DNA of 64,000 bases, taken from an uncultured Actinomycetes bacterium. Lineage in GTDB: Bacteria; Actinomycetota; Acidimicrobiia; Acidimicrobiales; SZUA-35. The stretch is taken from NCBI GenBank assembly GCA_902826025.1, contig CADEDH010000020.1, forward strand, positions 5,012-69,011, read 5' to 3'. Below the pieces are notes generated by a model. It was given only the letters and a program-made list of their open reading frames with translations, ran no database searches and was not told the origin of the DNA. Numbering within the stretch: the first letter of the stretch is position 1; each line of letters starts with the position of its first letter. Shown one piece after another: positions 56,031-64,000 of the stretch. Position numbers and translations under genes: made by a program.

Positions 56031-56980
56031 GAGCGGACCAGGTCCGGGACGGGGACCTCTTCCACCGCCAGGCGGACTTCGGCGCTCCTGGCGTCCACCG
56101 GCTCGCCCTCAGCCGCCAGGCGGTGGGCCAGACACGGCCCGGCCAGGGCTTTCACGTCGTCGGGCACCACGTAGGAGCGGGCGTCGAGCACGGCCAGGGC
56201 TCGGGCCAGCGAGACAACCGAGCGGGAAGCCCGGGCGCTCAGGTGACCCAGGGGCTGGAGGGCCTGGCACAGGTCGAGTACGTAGTCGAGCACCAGGTCG
56301 GCCACGTGGACCGACGCCACATAGTCCTGGAGCTCGGGCAACAGGGCGGCGGGCAGGACGGGTTCGACGTGGCTCAGGGCGGCCGGGCCGCCGTCGCCCC
56401 GCAGCACCTGGCGCTGCACCGACCGGGTCACCGGACCGAGCGACAGCGCGGCGCCGAACCGGTCGAGCTGGCCGGCGGTGAGGGGGAAGGTGCCCGCCGA
56501 CCCCGCCGGGTTCATCGTGGCCACCACCACGAACGGCCGCGGGACGGGCCGGGTGACGCCGTCCACCGTGACCTGGCCTTCGGCCATGGCCTCCAGAAGG
56601 GCCGATTGGGTACGGGGGGTGATCCGGTTGACCTCGTCCACCAGCACCACGTTGGCCTGGAGTGGCCCGGGCCGAAAGGACCATCGGCCGGTGTCGGCTT
56701 GGTACACCGAGCAGCCGGTGAGGTCGGTGGGCAGAAGGTCAGGGGTGCCCTGGATCCGGCCGAAGGAACCCTCGATCACCCGGGCCATCGCCGTGCCCAA
56801 CGTGGTCTTGCCCATGCCCGGCAAGTCGTTGACCAGGAGATGCTGGCCGGCCAGGAGCGCAGCGGTGGCCAACCGGACCGGTGCCGGCTGGCCCAGCAGC
56901 ACCGCCCCGACACGTTCCTCGATGGCGCGGGCGGCCGACACGATGGCCGCGTCGACATCCGTCCCGAGTCCCGCTCTCAC
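56027..56980 (-). CDS. MoxR family AAA+ ATPase
   Basis: DLPGMGKTT, RIQGTPDLLPTD, DEVNR, TQSALLEAM, ATMNP, QLDRF. Confidence 0.92.
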   Translation of the reverse strand: MRAGLGTDVDAAIVSAARAIEERVGAVLLGQPAPVRLATAALLAGQHLLVNDLPGMGKTTLGTAMARVIEGSFGRIQGTPDLLPTDLTGCSVYQADTGRWSFRPGPLQANVVLVDEVNRITPRTQSALLEAMAEGQVTVDGVTRPVPRPFVVVATMNPAGSAGTFPLTAGQLDRFGAALSLGPVTRSVQRQVLRGDGGPAALSHVEPVLPAALLPELQDYVASVHVADLVLDYVLDLCQALQPLGHLSARASRSVVSLARALAVLDARSYVVPDDVKALAGPCLAHRLAAEGEPVDARSAEVRLAVEEVPVPDLVRS

Positions 56981-57036
56981 CTCGCAAGGGTCGGTTCGTC
57001 ACGGGTTGCTATTAGAGGGAGCCTGTAGCCGGAGGT

Positions 57037-57849
57037 TCAGCAGCCGTTGCGTTCGGCCAGAGCGCTCGTCTGCTGGAGGAAGAACGGTGGCGGGTCCAAC
57101 GCCTCGAGGGCGGCCACATCGGCGCAGGCCTCCTCGGAACGGCCCAGGCGGTCGTAGGCCACGGCCCGGAAGGCCAAGGGGTCGGGCAGGGTGGGGTCGG
57201 CATCGATGGCCCGGGTGAGATAGTCGAGCCCACCGTCGATCAGAGCCTCGAGGTCGGCTGGGGGCACGGTGTCGCTCGGGCCGCCTCCCTGCTGCACCGA
57301 GCCGGCCGCCAGCAACAGGTACCAGCCCCGGTAGGCCAGGGCCTCGGCGTTGTCGGGGTCGACCGTGAGTACCTGGTCGAAGCACTTGATGGCGCCCAGC
57401 AGGTCGGCCTCGGGCCCTGCCCCCTGGGACTGGCACTCCATCACCCGGGTGCGGGACGAGGGATCCACCGCACCGGTGAGGCTGTCGTTGACCCCCCGCT
57501 CCCCCAACCCCTGGGCCAGGGCCAGGCCGGCCACCACGGCGAACACGGCCAGCCCGCCGATCACCAACAGCCGCCGGGTGAGCCTCGTACGGCCCGCCGC
57601 CTCGGTGGCCGGGCCGGCGGCGTTCCCGACGGTGGGAGCCCTGGTTGCCGACGCGGTGGGTTCGTCCAGCTGCCGCAACACCTCGGCCGCCCGCTGCGTG
57701 TAGCTGTCCCGCAGGGCCTCGTAATCGTCGTCGTCGAGGTCGCCGGCGGCGTGCTCGGCGTCGAGGTCGTCGAGCGAGCGCAGCAGCAGGTCACGCTCCT
57801 CCTCCAGCGCCGTTCGGCGGCTGGTGGTGGTGTCGGTGGCCGGCGCCAC
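57037..57849 (-). CDS. CcmI/CycH-like TPR membrane protein
   Basis: L-x-DLD.E...GDL...DY..L..Y N-terminus, one TM helix, TPR-like repeats; last gene of the ccm operon. Confidence 0.7.
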   Translation of the reverse strand: MAPATDTTTSRRTALEEERDLLLRSLDDLDAEHAAGDLDDDDYEALRDSYTQRAAEVLRQLDEPTASATRAPTVGNAAGPATEAAGRTRLTRRLLVIGGLAVFAVVAGLALAQGLGERGVNDSLTGAVDPSSRTRVMECQSQGAGPEADLLGAIKCFDQVLTVDPDNAEALAYRGWYLLLAAGSVQQGGGPSDTVPPADLEALIDGGLDYLTRAIDADPTLPDPLAFRAVAYDRLGRSEEACADVAALEALDPPPFFLQQTSALAERNGC

Positions 57850-57850
57850 G

Positions 57851-58423
57851 CTACAGGTCCTCGTCGGCCACGGCGTCGGGGCCCGACGTGCCGTCGGACG
57901 TGACTCCCAGGGCCTCCCGGGCCCGGCGCACCAGCTCCCGGTCGGCGTCGCTCACTGTGGTGCCCGCCCGCTGGCGCCGGCCCATCATCGTCGCCACGCC
58001 GGCCGCCCCGCCCACCGCCGCCAGCACCGGCAGCAGCCACACCAGGGTGGCCACCCCGTCGGCCGGCGGGTTGCGCAGCACCTTCGCCGTGTAGCCGTCG
58101 ACCAGGCGATCCCGGATCTCGGCATCGGAGCGGCCGGCGGTCACCTCGTTGGCGATGAACTCCCGGATCGTGGCGGCGGCCGCGGCGTTCGACTCGGCCA
58201 CGCTCTCGCCGTTGCACACGGGGCAGGCGAAGGACTCGGTGAGGCGCTGGATGCGTTCGGCGTCGGTCTCGGCGCCGCCCCCGTCGATCGAGGCCACCAC
58301 CAGCAGGGCCAGCGCGGCCACCACGATGGCCACCCACCCGACCCGGCGGACGGCGGGGCTGAGCCGTCGGCTGGGGCCGGCCGGAGGGGCTTCGGCAGCG
58401 GCCGCAGCAGGGCCGGCCGTCAT
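57851..58423 (-). CDS. ccmH: Cytochrome c biogenesis protein CcmH
   Basis: CPVCNGESVAESN, IR..G.SD.EI, LRNPP, LVWLLP; ATGA overlap with ccmG. Confidence 0.88.
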   Translation of the reverse strand: MTAGPAAAAAEAPPAGPSRRLSPAVRRVGWVAIVVAALALLVVASIDGGGAETDAERIQRLTESFACPVCNGESVAESNAAAAATIREFIANEVTAGRSDAEIRDRLVDGYTAKVLRNPPADGVATLVWLLPVLAAVGGAAGVATMMGRRQRAGTTVSDADRELVRRAREALGVTSDGTSGPDAVADEDL

Positions 58424-59056
58424 GACTGGCCCGCCCCGGAGGAGTCGACGCCGGCACCACTGCCGTCGTCGGCCGAGGACTGGGCCACCACCGAGCGGAT
58501 CTCGTCGGCCGTGATGCCGCCCTCGTAGTGCTGCACCACCTGGCCCGCCGGCGACACGAGGAACGTCTCGGGCACCTGCGCCACCTGGAACTCGATGGGG
58601 ATCTCGGGGTTGTCGAGCACGGGCCAACCACCGCCCTTCTCGTCGAAGAACGTCTTTACCGTGTCGACCGGGTCGTTGAACACCACCGCCACCACCTCGG
58701 CTTCACCGGTGGTACCGCCCCATTCCTCCAGCTCCACCAGCTCCGGATGCTCCTGCACGCAAGGGCCACACCAGGTGGCGAAGAAGTTCACCACCACCCA
58801 TTTACCCCGGGCGCTGTCGATGTCGTACGTGCCACCGTCGAGCGTGGGGCCAGCCACCCGGGGCACCCGCTTACCGATCCACACGTTGGCCTGATCGGTC
58901 TTGTCTCCCCCGAAGGCCAGGATCCCGACGAAGGCCACGAGCACGGCGCCCACGGCCAGCGCCGTCCACCGGGCCCGGTGGGAGCCGGGCCCGCCCTCGA
59001 TCGCCTGGCCGTCGAGCGGCTCGGCCCCGAGATCACGGGCACTGTCGACCTGCTGC

Positions 59057-59064
<8 letters not shown>
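58420..59064 (-). CDS. ccmG: CcmG/DsbE-TlpA thiol-disulfide oxidoreductase
   Basis: TM anchor, VVNFFATWCGPCVQEHP, VPETF. Confidence 0.88.
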
Positions 59065-61066
<2,002 letters not shown>

Positions 61067-61088
61067 CGGCAGGGTCCGTGGCGGCCCA

Positions 61089-61631
61089 TCACGGTGCGGT
61101 GCGCGTGGTGCTCGGCGTCTCGTACTCGAGGCGGTCGGGGTTGTTCTCCACGTACTCTTCGGAGTGCTTCAGCAGGATCTGGCGGGACTCGAAGGTGTCG
61201 CCGGTCCAGCGACCGTCCACCACCACCTTCTGGCCCACGTCGAACAGGTCCGACGGTTCGTCGCCAAGATGGCGGACGGTGGCCGAGGTGTCGGCGTAGG
61301 CCATGGTGAACACCAGCGCGCCGGAGGCGTCGGCCCCGTCGACCTGCATCACCTCGCCCTGCATACGGAAGGTCTGGCCACCCAACTCGGTCTGTCGGGC
61401 CACCGCCTCGTCGACGTTGAGGTAGAAGACCCGGGCGTTGGTGAGGGCCTGGTACAGCACGAAGCCCAGCACCACGGCGAGCACCGACAGCACGGCCACG
61501 TTGCGGTAGGAGCGCCGTTTGCGCCGCTCCGTCGGGGAGCGGCCGAGATCCCGGGGGGTGAGATCGATGCCGGTGAGGTCGGGGTTGGCGCTCTCGTCGC
61601 CGGCACCGACGTTGGTGCTGGTCTCAGTCAA
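61089..61631 (-). CDS. ccmE: Heme chaperone CcmE
   Basis: TM anchor, FYLNVDE, R-x-x-G-x-V, LF..G..VVVDG, LLKHSEEY (HxxxY); TTG start overlaps the ccmD end. Confidence 0.9.
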   Translation of the reverse strand: MTETSTNVGAGDESANPDLTGIDLTPRDLGRSPTERRKRRSYRNVAVLSVLAVVLGFVLYQALTNARVFYLNVDEAVARQTELGGQTFRMQGEVMQVDGADASGALVFTMAYADTSATVRHLGDEPSDLFDVGQKVVVDGRWTGDTFESRQILLKHSEEYVENNPDRLEYETPSTTRTAP

Positions 61632-61758
61632 GGAACCGTCTCCGCTCTGGCGGGAGCTTGCGGGACAGGCGGCGGCCCTGGCGGAGCACCCAGCTGGTGT
61701 AGAGGGCGAGCCCCACGGCCACGAAGCCGTAGCCGCCGGCAACGTACTGCCAGTACAT
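61624..61758 (-). CDS. ccmD: Heme exporter protein D (44 aa, absent from the ORF track)
   Basis: MYWQYVAGGYGFVAVGLALYTSWVLRQGRRLSRKLPPERRRFLD: aromatic N-terminus, one TM helix, basic tail; TGATG coupling to ccmC and overlap with the ccmE start. Confidence 0.8.
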   Translation of the reverse strand: MYWQYVAGGYGFVAVGLALYTSWVLRQGRRLSRKLPPERRRFLD

Positions 61759-62564
61759 CAGCGTGACCTCCCGACCAGGCCGGTGGCATCGGTCTCGGCC
61801 CGCCGTTCGGCCAGAGCCTGAGCCAGGCCCACCTGCTCCACCTCACGGGCCAGCCAGGACACCCGGAACCGGTGGATCAGCAGCCAGGCGGCCAGCACCA
61901 GGAAGGACATCAGGCCGAGGAAGACCGTGAATAGCATCAGGCCGTCCATCTTGGTGTCGGCCCCGAACGTCTGGCCCTGGTGCAGGCCCCGCCACCACTT
62001 GACCGAGTAGTGGACGATGATCACGTTGCCGAAGCTCACGATGCCGAGCACGGCGGCCCGACGGGATCGCACCTCGGGCGGCAACTCCAGGCGGCGCACC
62101 GCCAGGTACCCCAGGTACATCACGAACAGCACGGTGGTGCTGGTGAGCCGGGCGTCCCACTGCCAGTAGACGCCCCACGTGGGCTTGCCCCACAGCGAGC
62201 CCGTGACCAGTACGAAGCTGCAGAACAGCACACCGATCTCGGCTGCCGCCCCGGCCACCAGGTCCCAGTAGACCGAGCCCTTACGGAGGTAGAGAGCGCT
62301 GCCCACGGCGGTGGTGAGGAAGGCCAGGTAGGTGACGGCGATCGACGGGAGGTGGAGGTACATCAACCGCACCGCGTCGCGCTGGCTCACCTCCGGGGGC
62401 GAGAGCACCAGCCCGAACAATAGTGTGAGGGCGAGAAGCACGATGGCGGCGACTCCCAAGCGGCGGGTCGCCACCGACCCGGTGTGGGGCGGGTTCACCG
62501 CCGACGCCACTAGTGGTTTGTCTCCCGGCTCAGCGCCGGTCGGTTCAGCAGCGGTGGTGCTCAC
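61758..62564 (-). CDS. ccmC: Heme exporter/CcmC
   Basis: MYLHLP, TGSLWGKPTWGVYWQWDARLT (WWD motif), IVHYSV.WW..LHQ; GGAGGA SD before GTG 62564. Confidence 0.93.
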   Translation of the reverse strand: MSTTAAEPTGAEPGDKPLVASAVNPPHTGSVATRRLGVAAIVLLALTLLFGLVLSPPEVSQRDAVRLMYLHLPSIAVTYLAFLTTAVGSALYLRKGSVYWDLVAGAAAEIGVLFCSFVLVTGSLWGKPTWGVYWQWDARLTSTTVLFVMYLGYLAVRRLELPPEVRSRRAAVLGIVSFGNVIIVHYSVKWWRGLHQGQTFGADTKMDGLMLFTVFLGLMSFLVLAAWLLIHRFRVSWLAREVEQVGLAQALAERRAETDATGLVGRSR

Positions 62565-63256
62565 GACTCCTCCAGTAGCGGACCAAAGGCGAGCATCCCA
62601 ACTCCCAGGTAAAGCAACGAGAAAACCGCCAGCAGCCCGGCCCACGACCAGCCCGGTACGCCGGGGTCGGCGAACAGGGCATCCCGGGAGGCTTGCGTGG
62701 CTCCCAGCAGCACAGGGGCCAGCACCGGCAGCACGAGCAACGGCACCAGGGTATCCCGCACCCGTAGCCCCGCGGCCAACGCAGCGTAGAGCGTGCCGGC
62801 CAGCGTGATGCCCACGGTCGCCAGCAGCACGGTGGCGGCCAACAGGCCGGGGCGGGCCACCGGAGCCCCGAACACCACGAAGGCGCCGAAGCCGAGCACG
62901 GTCTCCACCGCCACCAGCTGCACGGTCACGGCCAGAGCCTTGCCCAGGAAGACGCCGGCCGGGTCGAGGCCGGCCATGCGCAGGGCGTCGAGGTTGCCGT
63001 CGTCGGCCTCCAGGGCGAAGGCCCGACCGAGGGCCATGAGGGCCGACAGGAGCACGGTGAGCCAGAACAGGCCGGGAGCGATCTCCTCGATCACCGGCCG
63101 GCGGGCATCGCCCACCACCACCAGGTCGGGTGAGATGGCCAGGCCGAACAGGATGAGGATGAGCAGCCCGAAGGGAAGGATCTGGGCCATCACCACGCGC
63201 GACGTCAGCTCGATCCGCAGGTCCTTCACCGTCATCAACCAGGTGTCTCGTAGCAC
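62561..63256 (-). CDS. ccmB: Heme exporter CcmB
   Basis: KDLRIE, PGLFW, F..E.D.G.LD, GK, LLVLPVLAPVL; six TM segments. Confidence 0.9.
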   Translation of the reverse strand: MLRDTWLMTVKDLRIELTSRVVMAQILPFGLLILILFGLAISPDLVVVGDARRPVIEEIAPGLFWLTVLLSALMALGRAFALEADDGNLDALRMAGLDPAGVFLGKALAVTVQLVAVETVLGFGAFVVFGAPVARPGLLAATVLLATVGITLAGTLYAALAAGLRVRDTLVPLLVLPVLAPVLLGATQASRDALFADPGVPGWSWAGLLAVFSLLYLGVGMLAFGPLLEES

Positions 63257-63269
63257 CGCGGGTCTCCGT

Positions 63270-64000
63270 TCAGCCTGATTCCGCCGGGGCCCGGCGGCGA
63301 CCCCGCCACCGGGAGCCAGGTCCGGCCCCCACCGCCGGGGGCTGGGGCGGGCCGGAACGCCCGGTACCGGACCCGTCGCCCTCGCCGTCGGCCGGGGCGG
63401 GCTCCGGGGCCGGGTCGGCCACCGCCTCGTTGCCCGCCGCCCCATCGATCGCGGCCCGGCTGGGCCGGGGCGGGTCGGCAGTGGCCCGGCCCCCGAGGCG
63501 GGAGCCGGCGGCCTCGACCCGGGGCGGCCGCCCCACCAGGGGCGAGCCGGCGCCGGGGTCGGGCGGGGGTGAATCGTCGGGCTCATGGCCCCAGCGGGGC
63601 GGGGGGGCGACGTAGGGGGCGGGGGCCACCGGCGGGCGGCGGGCCATCCGACCCTCAGGGCTGCCTCCGAGGCCGGCCGGGTCGGTCTCCTGCACCTGGC
63701 CGCCGGCCACGATGACGGTACGGGTGGCGATCTCGGCCGCCCGGTCGAAATCGTGCGACGCCAGCAGCACCGTTCCGCCGAAAGCCACGGCGTGCTTGAT
63801 CAGGCCGTCGACGAAGTCACGGCCGTTCACGTCGAGCCCGGCGTGCGGTTCGTCGAGCAGCCACAGGCGGGGGCGACGGCACACGAGCACGGCGAGCGAC
63901 GCCCGCCGCCGCTGACCGGCCGACAGGTTGGCCACCCGCACGTGGCGAAGCCGATTGGCCAGGGCCAGCCGGTCGAGCACGGGCTCCACCGACGCCTCGT
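63270..64000 (-). CDS. ccmA: Heme exporter ATP-binding protein CcmA, 5' partial, with long Pro-rich tail
   Basis: LSAGQRRR, WLLDEPHAGLD, LASH; first gene of the ccm run, truncated by the window edge. Confidence 0.85.
   Translation of the reverse strand, partial: EASVEPVLDRLALANRLRHVRVANLSAGQRRRASLAVLVCRRPRLWLLDEPHAGLDVNGRDFVDGLIKHAVAFGGTVLLASHDFDRAAEIATRTVIVAGGQVQETDPAGLGGSPEGRMARRPPVAPAPYVAPPPRWGHEPDDSPPPDPGAGSPLVGRPPRVEAAGSRLGGRATADPPRPSRAAIDGAAGNEAVADPAPEPAPADGEGDGSGTGRSGPPQPPAVGAGPGSRWRGRRRAPAESG

Overview
Very GC-rich actinobacterial chromosome segment. WhiB proteins, PdtaS, DUF3107, DUF2510 and a System I ccm operon together suggest Acidimicrobiia (inference). I found about 65 protein-coding genes, almost all housekeeping or metabolic, and no tRNA/rRNA, CRISPR array, transposase or prophage. 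Main blocks in order: TrmH methyltransferase and HelD; a GntR-controlled sugar/sugar-acid ABC uptake and Entner-Doudoroff catabolic cluster (2.9-13.4 kb); a WhiB3-like regulator and ferrochelatase; ApbE; an ABC1 kinase; a DNA-repair block (stand-alone RecB/Cas4-like nuclease, RIO1 kinase, AddAB); a GH5 hydrolase; etfBA; the DAGK-whiB1-pdtaS region; an ArsA/Get3 pair; Mrp/ApbC with a divergent SufR-like regulator; a MoxR-DUF58-transglutaminase triad; and a ccmABCDEFGHI cytochrome c maturation operon running off the right edge. The most striking signals are non-coding. (1) An identical 12-mer, GTGACTGTCACA (palindromic core), sits exactly 9 nt upstream of the -10 box of both the RecB-like nuclease gene and addB, with PafBC-type geometry but a palindromic form, which suggests a DNA-damage regulon. 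(2) A 17-codon leader ORF with a strong SD and alternative stems precedes the RIO1 kinase. (3) hemH and one arsA gene have near-cognate codons (ATC, ACG) exactly where their start codons should be. (4) A 44-aa ccmD gene is missing from the ORF track. Start coordinates were adjusted by eye and all motif matches are manual, not database-verified.
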